From Candidatus Thorarchaeota archaeon (lineage in GTDB: Archaea; Asgardarchaeota; Thorarchaeia; Thorarchaeales; Thorarchaeaceae): a DNA stretch of 64,000 nt. The stretch lies in the NCBI GenBank assembly GCA_046758445.1, contig JBHIAE010000006.1, positions 1 through 64,000 on the forward strand. Direction: 5' to 3'. Numbering within the stretch: position 1 is the first letter of the stretch; every line of letters starts with the position of its first letter. Of this stretch, positions 19,281-28,116 are shown one piece after another. The translations under genes were made by a program, and so were the position numbers. Below the pieces are notes generated by a model. That model worked only from the letters and a program-made list of their open reading frames with translations. It had not been told where the DNA came from and searched no databases.

Positions 19281-19324
19281 TATACTATGACAGGAACATG
19301 TACAGATCTAGAAGCTTGAGCCAC

Positions 19325-20194
19325 TTACGTCAGACCGAGCAGATCTTCGTCGATATCCTCTTCTGAGTCTTCAAGTTCTTCTGCCTCAGGAAGGGCATCA
19401 ACGATCTCGTCAATCACCTTTCTGAGTCTTCGGCGCGTCGATCTTGGAATGTCCCACATCTTCTGCTCTGCTCTCTCAACTACTTCTCGGGCAATATCAA
19501 AGATTTCAGCATCCATGTAGTTCTGTGCAGCTTCTACAAAGTACTCAGCAGACTTCTTCTGATTATCATTCATCTCAGCAATGTCGCCAAGAAGAGAGAG
19601 TGCGTCTGCTGAACCTGCTTTGTCATCAATCTCTCTGTATATCTTGAGAGCCTTCTTGAACTCCTTCTGCGCCGGTTCCCACTCCTCTTTGTCAGCATAT
19701 GCGTTGCCGACATCCATTATCGTGCTGGCCACGCCCTGCTGGTTGTCGACGGCCTTGTATGCCTTCTGAGCCTTCTTGAAGAAGCCCAGTGCCTCTTCAA
19801 ACTCACCGAGACCATGTTTCGCGAGAGCAAACGCATACATGGCGTCAGCCGCCCCGTCCTTATTGGATACCTTCTCGAAAAGCTTCATTGCCTTCTCACA
19901 GGTCACCGAGGCTTCCGTCCATTGCTCTAGATTGATCTGAGCGACCCCGAGGTTGTACAAAGCATCGCTTACGCCAGGCTCGTCTTTAATCTCTCTGTAA
20001 ATCTCAAGAGACTGTTCAAAGCTCTTCAGGGCTTCCTCATATTCAGCGACTGCCATGTAGATGTTTCCGACCGCGTTGAGGATCTTCGCTGAAACATCCA
20101 TTTCGCCAGCTTCGCGTGCCTTGGAAGCCTGCTCTAGCATCTCGGCTGGATCTAAGTCTTCAAATGACGCTTCTTCGTCGCTCAAGGGGCACAC
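19325..20194 (-). CDS. tetratricopeptide repeat protein
   Basis: About six 40-aa TPR units (e.g. LNAVGNIY..EEALKSFEQSLEIY). Confidence 0.92.
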   Translation of the reverse strand: MCPLSDEEASFEDLDPAEMLEQASKAREAGEMDVSAKILNAVGNIYMAVAEYEEALKSFEQSLEIYREIKDEPGVSDALYNLGVAQINLEQWTEASVTCEKAMKLFEKVSNKDGAADAMYAFALAKHGLGEFEEALGFFKKAQKAYKAVDNQQGVASTIMDVGNAYADKEEWEPAQKEFKKALKIYREIDDKAGSADALSLLGDIAEMNDNQKKSAEYFVEAAQNYMDAEIFDIAREVVERAEQKMWDIPRSTRRRLRKVIDEIVDALPEAEELEDSEEDIDEDLLGLT

Positions 20195-20251
20195 TTCTCC
20201 GATTGTCAGCTGTGGCGGTTCATCTCGCTTTTGAGCCTTTCTGCGTATACG

Positions 20252-20953
20252 TCATGGTCCCATTATCTGATTGGGATTCTCAAGTAGTGCTCTGACAGAA
20301 TCTTTCACAACGAACTGCTCGTCCCCTACTTGAACCTCAAGAAGCTTCCGAAGCTCGAATCTGCGAAGATACCCCACGGCCTGTTCACGCGTGACATTCA
20401 GGTCCTTCATGAGCTTCTTCAAACCATCGGAGGCGCCGCTGTGCTTCGCGAACTTGGAGAAGACAGAACTCCACTGCATCATTGATAGGAAGAGCAGAGT
20501 TCTCAGCACTCTATCAACATTCTCGCCGGTCTCGGCAGAGCATGGCATGACTGCCTGTCCTGCCAGAAAACGCATATTCTTTCTCAGCTGGTCCACAGGA
20601 CGCGCATTGGGAAGATCTAGCTTGTTGGCTGCAACAACACAAGGCACTCCCGGCAAGAAGAAGGCAATCTCTCGGAAGAACAGTTTGGCTCTTGCATCGG
20701 ACTCGGCGTCAGCCGAGTCTACCACAAAGATGATGCCATCGGCGCCTTCACTCAGGATCTTGCGGATCGTTCTAAACCTAAGAAGTCCAGGAGTCCCGAA
20801 AAGGAAGACACTCATACCACTGATGTTCGCCATTCCATGATCCATTGCAATCGTCGTGCCATTCCGTTCGATGTTGATGCATGCTCCGTCCGTTATTTGA
20901 TGTACCACTTGGCTCTTGCCAGACTCGTAAGGTCCTGTGACAATGATCTTCAT
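20252..20953 (-). CDS. small GTPase (MglA/Arf-related) with C-terminal wHTH-like domain
   Basis: VTGPYESGKS, TTIAMDHG, GTPG, GADGIIFVVDS, ANKLD, CSA; GGAGGTG RBS before ATG 20953. Confidence 0.88.
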   Translation of the reverse strand: MKIIVTGPYESGKSQVVHQITDGACINIERNGTTIAMDHGMANISGMSVFLFGTPGLLRFRTIRKILSEGADGIIFVVDSADAESDARAKLFFREIAFFLPGVPCVVAANKLDLPNARPVDQLRKNMRFLAGQAVMPCSAETGENVDRVLRTLLFLSMMQWSSVFSKFAKHSGASDGLKKLMKDLNVTREQAVGYLRRFELRKLLEVQVGDEQFVVKDSVRALLENPNQIMGP

Positions 20954-21033
20954 GCGATTGCACCTCCGTTCTTTGCAGCTGAGAGCTAAGTTCACTGTAA
21001 AACTCTGAGAGATAAATGGTTTGTCGTGTTCTA

Positions 21034-21042
21034 CTCTTCACA
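21034..21042. repeat. 9-bp direct repeat CTCTTCACA, copy 1 (probable target-site duplication)
   Basis: Identical to 22664-22672; abuts the terminal stem at 21043. Confidence 0.75.
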
Positions 21043-21098
21043 GTCGTTCATTGTAAGTTGGGCAAACTTGGACATCAAGCTGCCCGTCCAGGAACGAC
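21043..21098 (-). ncRNA. putative omega-RNA scaffold (3' part); guide would be the flank TGTGAAGAGTAGAAC...
   Basis: Minus strand GTCGTTC-CTGGAC-GGGCAGCTT-GATGTCC-AAGTTTGCCC-AACTTACAAT-GAACGAC: closing 7-bp stem, inner hairpin, possible GGAC/GTCC pseudoknot. Confidence 0.55.
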
Positions 21099-22661
21099 AC
21101 TGGATGCATTGTCTTGAACATGAATGATGTTTCCTGCCGCATTCACATCAGAATGGAAGTGTTTGTCGCACTGCTCGCAGTAGAAGTACTTGCCACCTCT
21201 CTTTTCAGTGGTCGAAGTCTTGCCCTCTACTCGAATCCCTCTCTCTCCACACACATGACAGGTCTGAGAGGTGTATCGTGGGTGCACGGTCCACACAGAG
21301 TAAGGACTGTGTCCTAATTGCTCTCGCATGTAGCGAACAGTATCAATTACCTTCCCCCAGAGGTTGGAACTGAGATTATAGGACATGTCCTTTGAACCTG
21401 CATGAGCCTGAAAGCTCCTGAGGTCTTCAAAGAACACCTTTCTCACTGCATGTTCCTCACAGAACCACACAGTGCGAGATGCAACTACTCGGGCAATCTC
21501 ACGATCAAGACGACGGACCTTTCTCCACAGGGCACTGACATGTCTTTCCTTCTTGAGGACATGCCCCGGATATGACAGTCCTGACCGTTTGCGTTCCCAG
21601 TTGTTCTTCCTTCTCTTTGACTCTGAGATGAGTCTGTAGGCATGCTTTCGAAGTCTCTCACGTTTCTCTACAAGGTGATCTACTGTGATGAGGAGGTCTG
21701 CAAAGGAATCTTGCTTCTCAACTGATATAGCAACAGGCGCCCGGAGACCCCTGTCAACTCCTGCTCTTGTTGTATACTCCTTCTCACCAGGAACCTGCGT
21801 GCTCACCTCTCCATTGGGTGACAGGAATGGTATCTGAAGAGTGGCTCGATGACCTCTCAAGAGAAGACGGGGAGGAGCACTCCGCCTACGCTCTTTGAGG
21901 TCCTTCACTTTGGCCTCTAGCCCTAGTGTCTGTTCAGAGTCACTTCCCTTCCTCCGTCTGAGTTGTGAGAGCCTATGGGCTGTATGTTGGATCTGGATAG
22001 TGTTCATGAGTTGTTGATGCATGTCTTCGAACTTTGCTGCTCGGAACTGCAATTGCTCCTTTCGATAGATCTCACTCTCTCGCCTGGCCTGGTCAGCCTT
22101 TCTCCCGTCTTCAGCTGCAGCTCGAGGCAACCAGTTGAGGAAGCGAAAGGTGAGGGTCTTTCTCTTATAGGGAGACCCTCCATGGTCTTTTCCATCTATT
22201 CCGGGAGGAAGTCTGAGATGAAGAAGTATCTCATTCTCACACTCAAGATCAAGGGAGAACCAGTATCCCTGTCCGGTGCTGTTCTCAGTTGATGCAGAGA
22301 AATCCAGACTATACCTCCTGAGCTGGGGGATTGAGAAGGGATACCCATTCTTCTTCCAATCCCTCAAGAGAGAGGTTACGAGGTCAGTGACTCGTTGGCA
22401 TTCAGAAGAGTTCTTCATGAGGGGAGAGGTGACCTTCTTTCGTTGGCGTCCTCTCCACTCAATCTGAAGTCTGAACGCATCAAGAATATGCCTATCAAAT
22501 GCTAGACGGACCTGCCTGAGAACTCCCATGGCATAGTGATATCCGGGTCCGTTGTTCTTGACAGGCTCACAGGAGTCACGGACTCTCCTGATAAGGACTG
22601 ACGGAATCCGTCTCGTCCTTAGGAGAAGTAATGCGTCATCCGTACAGATGCTCCTTGACAC
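21075..22661 (-). CDS. tnpB: TnpB/Cas12f-like RNA-guided endonuclease, possibly 5'-truncated
   Basis: RuvC I AGVDRG, RuvC II FFEDL, YTSQTCHVC..CEQC Zn ribbon, RuvC III HSDVNAA. Confidence 0.88.
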   Translation of the reverse strand: MSRSICTDDALLLLRTRRIPSVLIRRVRDSCEPVKNNGPGYHYAMGVLRQVRLAFDRHILDAFRLQIEWRGRQRKKVTSPLMKNSSECQRVTDLVTSLLRDWKKNGYPFSIPQLRRYSLDFSASTENSTGQGYWFSLDLECENEILLHLRLPPGIDGKDHGGSPYKRKTLTFRFLNWLPRAAAEDGRKADQARRESEIYRKEQLQFRAAKFEDMHQQLMNTIQIQHTAHRLSQLRRRKGSDSEQTLGLEAKVKDLKERRRSAPPRLLLRGHRATLQIPFLSPNGEVSTQVPGEKEYTTRAGVDRGLRAPVAISVEKQDSFADLLITVDHLVEKRERLRKHAYRLISESKRRKNNWERKRSGLSYPGHVLKKERHVSALWRKVRRLDREIARVVASRTVWFCEEHAVRKVFFEDLRSFQAHAGSKDMSYNLSSNLWGKVIDTVRYMREQLGHSPYSVWTVHPRYTSQTCHVCGERGIRVEGKTSTTEKRGGKYFYCEQCDKHFHSDVNAAGNIIHVQDNASSVVPGRAA

Positions 22662-22663
22662 CC

Positions 22664-22672
22664 CTCTTCACA
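22664..22672. repeat. 9-bp direct repeat CTCTTCACA, copy 2
   Basis: Identical to 21034-21042; 2 nt from the nuclease GTG. Confidence 0.75.
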
Positions 22673-22721
22673 ATCCTTATAGCCGGTGCCCAGATTCAAA
22701 CAACCTGTGGAGTGTTTTGCC

Positions 22722-24167
22722 TTGGAAATCAAGAAGTTAGCCGAGAACCTGCATGAGATCCCAATGGGTACAATCAATTGCATGAGTGTTCCAGTGAAGA
22801 TCTATGCCTCAGATGCTCTTGTCAAGAAGATGAAACAGGACAAGACGTTCGAGCAAGGCACGAATGTGGCCTGTCTTCCTGGAATCTACTCTCATAGTAC
22901 GATTCTTCCAGATGGACACCAAGGTTACGGATTCCCCATTGGAGGCGTCGCTGCAACTGACTACGAACACGGAGTCATATCTCCCGGCGGCGTAGGCTAC
23001 GACATCAACTGCGGAGTCCGTGTCCTGACAACCAATCTAGATGAGAAAGACGTGCGACCTAAGATTAGGGCCCTCATCGACCGCCTGTTTGAGGAAGTGC
23101 CAACTGGGGTGGGTCGCCGGGGCAAGATTCAGTTGAGTGGCAACAGAGGTGTTGATGAGGTTCTCAATAGAGGAGCAGAATGGGCTGTGGAGGGAGGCTA
23201 TGGTTGGGAGAAGGATCTCGACCATATCGAGGCTAGAGGGAGTCTTGATTTCGCTGATGCATCCAAGGTTTCACTTCATGCTAAGAAGAGGGGTATGGGG
23301 CAAGTAGGCACTCTGGGCTCAGGGAACCACTTTCTAGAGATACAGCTAGTTGATGCGATTTACGATGAGGTGGCCGCCAAGGCAATGGGCATAACACGGG
23401 CAGGGCAGGTCACCGTTATGATACACAGCGGGTCAAGGGGCCTGGGCCATCAAGTCTGCAGTGATTACATCAAAACAATGACGCAAGCTATGAGGAAATA
23501 CAACATTCAGGTGCCCGACAGAGAACTGTGTAGCGCGCCAACCACAACTCCGGAAGGGCAGGCGTATCTTGGAGCAATGAGTGCCGCCGCAAACTATGCC
23601 TGGGCGAATCGACAGGCGATGATGCATTGGACACGGAAGACCTTCTCGATGGTCATGGGTCAGTCTGCAGAAGACCTAGACATGCGACTGATATACGATG
23701 TCGCTCACAACATGGGTAAAGTTGAGGAGCATGACATAGATCAGAAGAGAAGAAAGGTCGTGGTTCATCGAAAGGGTGCAACGAGAGCGTTTCCGGCGGA
23801 CCATCCAGAAACTCCATCTGCCTACCGAAGCATCGGACAGCCAGTTCTAATTCCAGGCACAATGGGAACAGCCTCCTATATCCTTGTAGGAAACCCGAAG
23901 AGCATGGAGCTGACCTTTGGCTCAACCGCTCATGGTGCTGGAAGGTTCATGAGCAGGACAAGGGCGAAGAAGCAGTTCTTTGGAAAGGAGGTCCAAAGCC
24001 GATTGGCAAGAGAGGGCATAGTCGTCAAGTCAGCCAAGGCAGTGGTCATTGCGGAGGAAGCACCCGGGGCTTACAAGGATGTTGACGAAGTAGTGCGAGT
24101 TTCTGACGCCGTTGGCATTGCAACAAAGGCAGTCCGATTACGTCCCATCGGAGTCATCAAGGGATAG
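22722..24167 (+). CDS. rtcB: tRNA-splicing ligase RtcB
   Basis: PDGHQGYGFPIGGV, GYDINCG, GSGNHFLE, HSGSRG, HN, HRKGATRA, HGAGR, EEAPGAYK. Confidence 0.98.
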   Translation: MEIKKLAENLHEIPMGTINCMSVPVKIYASDALVKKMKQDKTFEQGTNVACLPGIYSHSTILPDGHQGYGFPIGGVAATDYEHGVISPGGVGYDINCGVRVLTTNLDEKDVRPKIRALIDRLFEEVPTGVGRRGKIQLSGNRGVDEVLNRGAEWAVEGGYGWEKDLDHIEARGSLDFADASKVSLHAKKRGMGQVGTLGSGNHFLEIQLVDAIYDEVAAKAMGITRAGQVTVMIHSGSRGLGHQVCSDYIKTMTQAMRKYNIQVPDRELCSAPTTTPEGQAYLGAMSAAANYAWANRQAMMHWTRKTFSMVMGQSAEDLDMRLIYDVAHNMGKVEEHDIDQKRRKVVVHRKGATRAFPADHPETPSAYRSIGQPVLIPGTMGTASYILVGNPKSMELTFGSTAHGAGRFMSRTRAKKQFFGKEVQSRLAREGIVVKSAKAVVIAEEAPGAYKDVDEVVRVSDAVGIATKAVRLRPIGVIKG

Positions 24168-25091
24168 TGCCGAAGAACGTTCCTTGGAGGCAATGTCTGC
24201 AAGGACAAGAGCAATGCCCACTAGAATCACGGCAAAGCCCACAAGTGTCATCATAGTAGGTATTTCTCCAAGGAATACCAGCGCCAGCAACGTGGCGCCT
24301 ATGGGTTCACCGAGTACTGCAGAAGATACGACATATGCCGGAACCAGAGTTAAGAGATAGTTGTTTACTGAGTGGCCGAGAGCAGTGGGAAAGATTGCTA
24401 AGGCCAAGTAGATTGCCACCTCTCTAGGGTCAAAGACCAATACATTTAGGCCCAATATGAAACAAAATGACAATGTGGTTGCTGCCGCTACTAGGTAGAT
24501 TACTGAAGTGTATACTGTGATTGGCAGACCTACAGCGTATTTCCGTCCGCCAATGAAGTAAATGGCCAGAAAGAGAGCGCTGAGGAGCGCAAGAAGGTCA
24601 CCCGTCAATGCGCCCGCACCGACCGTTTCGAAATCAGTCCAGGCCAAGAAGATTGCACCGCTTACGGCCGCCAACACACCAGCCCAGGATCTACGGCGCA
24701 GAGCTTCACCGAGGACCACGGTTGAGAGAATTGCCGTAAGAATTGGAGAAGTGTTGACTAGAACCACGCTAGCGGCAACCGTTGTCATGAACAATGACGT
24801 GAACCAAGTTGAAAAATGGAGAGAGAGGACAATTCCAATCAGAACAAGCCAGCCCCAAGTGCGTTTCAATTGTTGGCTGCGATAACTAGTGTGGTCCCCC
24901 TTTGCAAAACCAATGCCCGCCATGACTAATGCGCCATAGAGTGTTCTCCAGAACACAGTCACCAAAGGAGGTGATAGAACTGGATCGGTGATGCGAATTA
25001 GGATGCTGGCGCTTGAAACCATAGGAACAGAGAGGACTAGAAGCAGTACAACGCGAAGCCTATTGGATTCCCCATCCGTCTTCTGGTGCAT
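24138..25091 (-). CDS. DMT/EamA family transporter
   Basis: About 10 TM helices, GDLLAL, EPIGATLLA..LGE. Confidence 0.9.
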   Translation of the reverse strand: MHQKTDGESNRLRVVLLLVLSVPMVSSASILIRITDPVLSPPLVTVFWRTLYGALVMAGIGFAKGDHTSYRSQQLKRTWGWLVLIGIVLSLHFSTWFTSLFMTTVAASVVLVNTSPILTAILSTVVLGEALRRRSWAGVLAAVSGAIFLAWTDFETVGAGALTGDLLALLSALFLAIYFIGGRKYAVGLPITVYTSVIYLVAAATTLSFCFILGLNVLVFDPREVAIYLALAIFPTALGHSVNNYLLTLVPAYVVSSAVLGEPIGATLLALVFLGEIPTMMTLVGFAVILVGIALVLADIASKERSSALSLDDSDGT

Positions 25092-25095
25092 TATT

Positions 25096-25596
25096 CTACC
25101 TCGCCGAGCCCGTTGTAGTCGATCCACACAGTATGCACTTTGTGAGCTCCTTCTTCGTTGTCGCAACTTGAGAGTCACAAGATGGGCATTCGGTCACGAC
25201 AAGACTGCCCAGGTCATGGCCACGGAGAATCTCGACGACCTCCTCAAGATCCTCATACGTGAACAAAGCCTTGCCATCCGCACCAAGTACCATGCGGGAG
25301 ATGCTCCCACTGTTCCGATGGTGGAACATGAGAACAGGCTTTGAGAGCTCGATAGCCAGCATGATCTCCATTCCCACTCCGTGTGAAGGACTGGAAACCT
25401 CAGCAATCAGAAGGTCACACGACCTCACATAGTGCACGTCTCGTTCGTAGATCTCCTTTGCAGATGCAGGCGGGAGGAATTGCGGTGCAAACACTTCAAC
25501 ATCCTCTTCCGCAAGTGTTCTAATCACCAGCTTGTAGAAGTCGTCTCTTCTCTCGTGTGACTGAATTATCGGCCCGGACAAGTATGCTAGAACCAT
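25096..25596 (-). CDS. nucleoside 2-deoxyribosyltransferase/RCL-like N-glycosidase with C-terminal Zn ribbon
   Basis: AYLSGPI, IYERD, IAEVSSPSHGVGMEI; CPSC..CILC. Confidence 0.85.
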   Translation of the reverse strand: MVLAYLSGPIIQSHERRDDFYKLVIRTLAEEDVEVFAPQFLPPASAKEIYERDVHYVRSCDLLIAEVSSPSHGVGMEIMLAIELSKPVLMFHHRNSGSISRMVLGADGKALFTYEDLEEVVEILRGHDLGSLVVTECPSCDSQVATTKKELTKCILCGSTTTGSAR

Positions 25597-25630
25597 CTCT
25601 CTTCCTCAGTTCCTCTAGGACCTATGATTA

Positions 25631-25990
25631 TCACTCATCCAAGTCGAGCAGAGTTGTTTGGGTCTTGAGCTCCGTAATAGAAGGAACTGAGCCATCATCC
25701 TCGACTTTCTCGAGCGTTCCAGAGCGACCAAGTGAGAGTTGCATTCTCCCTTGCCATTCCTTCGCCCACCCATCCACTAGCTTGACGACCATTCCAGCCG
25801 ACAAGTCACGACCCTCTCCAAAGCCCCATAGGCTCATGATTGCGGTGCCTGTTTCATCTGCAACCAGCACCTCAGTCAGCTGGGTCTTTCGGCCACCTCT
25901 AGTCCGAACTATGCGAGGAGAAGCAACCGAAACAATGCGGACTACAACCTCTGGAACGTTCTTTCCCACCTCAACTTCGTTCAGTTTCAA
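25631..25990 (-). CDS. single OB-fold ssDNA-binding protein (SSB/RPA-like)
   Basis: VADETGTAIMSLW, KEWQGRMQLSLGRSG. Confidence 0.88.
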   Translation of the reverse strand: MKLNEVEVGKNVPEVVVRIVSVASPRIVRTRGGRKTQLTEVLVADETGTAIMSLWGFGEGRDLSAGMVVKLVDGWAKEWQGRMQLSLGRSGTLEKVEDDGSVPSITELKTQTTLLDLDE

Positions 25991-26124
25991 GGTTCTACCT
26001 CTATCGGTTATGGACTCTCTGCACTGTGCCTATTCCTGATATTACACATGCAAATCAGTCTTCCGTGCTAAGCAGAAGCGGTGTCGTAGTAGATGGGGGC
26101 TTCATTTTCCGTGAAGACCAGGTT

Positions 26125-27888
26125 TCATTCATCCTTGCCGTCTTTCGACTTCTTACCGGAAGCCTCCTGTGAGATACGCTCGAGAATATCATCAATCTCC
26201 GTAATAGCTTCTTGATCAATTACGTCAAGCGTAGCTGTAGTGCTTGGCTCTTCGTCAGGCCCCAATCTTTCAATCTCACCCAAGAATAGAGAGAGCTCTC
26301 TCATGGTTTCCTCGTCAAGTTCCGGCTCAATGTCAGGGTCGGCATCAGTTGCGACCACCTCGTTGTGGGAGAAGGCTTCCAGAGCCGTATCTAGATCTTC
26401 CTTTGACACCTTCTCAATCTCAGCGCCGACAAACTCGTCAGCCTCAAGCGCTTCAAATATCAACTCGATGGCCATCTTTCGTCCCCCATCTTCGGTCGAG
26501 AGTACTTCTATGTCGGCGGGTTCTTCCTCGGCTCCGTCAACTGATACTTCGACTGTTTCGACTTCCTCAGTCGAAACAGGTTCTTCGGGTTCATCGATGG
26601 CCTCTGCAACTACATCATACGCATCTGATTCGGCGACAACTGGTACTTCTGTTGTAATCTCAAACTCAGCAGATTCCTCTTCTACCTGAGCTGTAGCAAC
26701 TTGCTCTACTGTGGTGATCTCTTCAGAGACTTCGATGTCAACAAGCTCTTCTTCATCAGAACTCTCAACCGTTACCTCAACTTCCTCTGGTTCTGCCACA
26801 TCAGACTCCATTACGTCGCCAATCTCTTCGATTACTTCCTCTACAACCTCGTAGTCGCCGACATCTTCAATCACATTGCCATATTCATCAACAAGTACTT
26901 CTTCCACGACTTCGACTGTTTCATATTCTTCAGCAAGCTCTTCTTCACGTGCACGCGCCATTGCATCCACTTCTGCAATGGCCTCCTCGGTGGCTTTGTC
27001 GGTGAAACTCAGAAGCTGTGACGTCGGTAGATCTGGAAGAGCAACTCCGACATAGGTTGCGGCAGCATTCATCAGGATCCTCAACATCTCATCCCGACGA
27101 CCCTTGTCAATGGCAACCATCGGATAAGTAGGAACCCCAAGTATCTTCTGCACGACCTCTGGCTTCATCACGTTAGGCTTGTCTTGCTTGTTGGCAATTG
27201 CGAAGAGGGGCACCTTCGGAGCATCTCTTCTGATGAGCTTGAGAATGTCCTTGCTGATTATGACGTTGCGGAGTGAAGAATCGCATACAAGAAAGATAAC
27301 ATCCGCACCGTGGAAGTAGAATCGCCACAGTTTTCTGAATCGTTCCTGACCTGCGAAATCCCACAGGACTAGAGAGTAGTTCCCAAAACGAATGTTCTCA
27401 ACAGTCTCAAGATTCAGTGCAATAGTTGGCACATACTGAGTGGGAGGCGTTTCTCCAAGAAGGAGATGAAGTGTCGTGGTCTTCCCGACACCGCCCTCCC
27501 CGACAAGTGCTATCTTCAGCTTTGTAATCACGGAAGATTCAATGACGGCCTCATAATTGTCTAGCAAGCTCTCGAAGCCAGAGCTTGATATCTTTCTCTT
27601 GATGCTGGATGTGCCGTCCTTCAGCTTGTCAGCGAGGACTCTCTCGTCTTCGCCCATATCGCTAACATAGACCAAGAGAACGTCTTGAACCACCTCTCTG
27701 CTCATGAATTTGTCATCTTCAATCACAAGGGCTAGCTCGGCCGTATCGTTTCCGGAGGCTGACTGTATCTCACGACGTGTAGAAAGGAACTCCTCGACCG
27801 CCTCCCAAGGGACCTCAATAGGCCAGTATGAAGACGAGGCAAGAAGATCACCCGTAGATATGCGGACTAGATACGTCGCGATTATCAA
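26125..27888 (-). CDS. longin-like domain + Arf/Rab-like GTPase + long acidic tail
   Basis: GEGGVGKTT, YVPTI, WDFAGQERFRKLW, ANKQD; about 120-aa N-terminal alpha/beta domain; about 290-aa Glu/Val-rich tail. Confidence 0.88.
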   Translation of the reverse strand: MIIATYLVRISTGDLLASSSYWPIEVPWEAVEEFLSTRREIQSASGNDTAELALVIEDDKFMSREVVQDVLLVYVSDMGEDERVLADKLKDGTSSIKRKISSSGFESLLDNYEAVIESSVITKLKIALVGEGGVGKTTTLHLLLGETPPTQYVPTIALNLETVENIRFGNYSLVLWDFAGQERFRKLWRFYFHGADVIFLVCDSSLRNVIISKDILKLIRRDAPKVPLFAIANKQDKPNVMKPEVVQKILGVPTYPMVAIDKGRRDEMLRILMNAAATYVGVALPDLPTSQLLSFTDKATEEAIAEVDAMARAREEELAEEYETVEVVEEVLVDEYGNVIEDVGDYEVVEEVIEEIGDVMESDVAEPEEVEVTVESSDEEELVDIEVSEEITTVEQVATAQVEEESAEFEITTEVPVVAESDAYDVVAEAIDEPEEPVSTEEVETVEVSVDGAEEEPADIEVLSTEDGGRKMAIELIFEALEADEFVGAEIEKVSKEDLDTALEAFSHNEVVATDADPDIEPELDEETMRELSLFLGEIERLGPDEEPSTTATLDVIDQEAITEIDDILERISQEASGKKSKDGKDE

Positions 27889-28116
27889 GTGAAGCTCACC
27901 ATGATCATATGATTCAATAGCGTGATACCGTTGTTCTGGATGCAGGATTGTGAATCGGTTTGTTCACAGTCAAATCTTCGGTTTCAATGCTATTTACAAC
28001 ATTCTGTGACGGCAGGAATACTCACAATGACATATGAGACAATCTGTGATAAGACCGTACACTGCGCGTGATTGCAGAGAAATAGCGATGTCGTACACCA
28101 TGCTGACCAGGATGCT

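Larger units (their letters stand above)
21043..22663 (-). mobile_element. non-autonomous TnpB/Cas12f-like element bounded by 9-bp direct repeats
   Basis: Contains only the RuvC nuclease ORF and a structured 3' end; removing it plus one repeat restores a compact divergent promoter region. Confidence 0.7.

Noticed and set aside
20990-22720. CRISPR array or cas genes accompanying the Cas12f-like nuclease
   Set aside because: No repeat-spacer periodicity or cas1/cas2/cas4 seen anywhere in the window.
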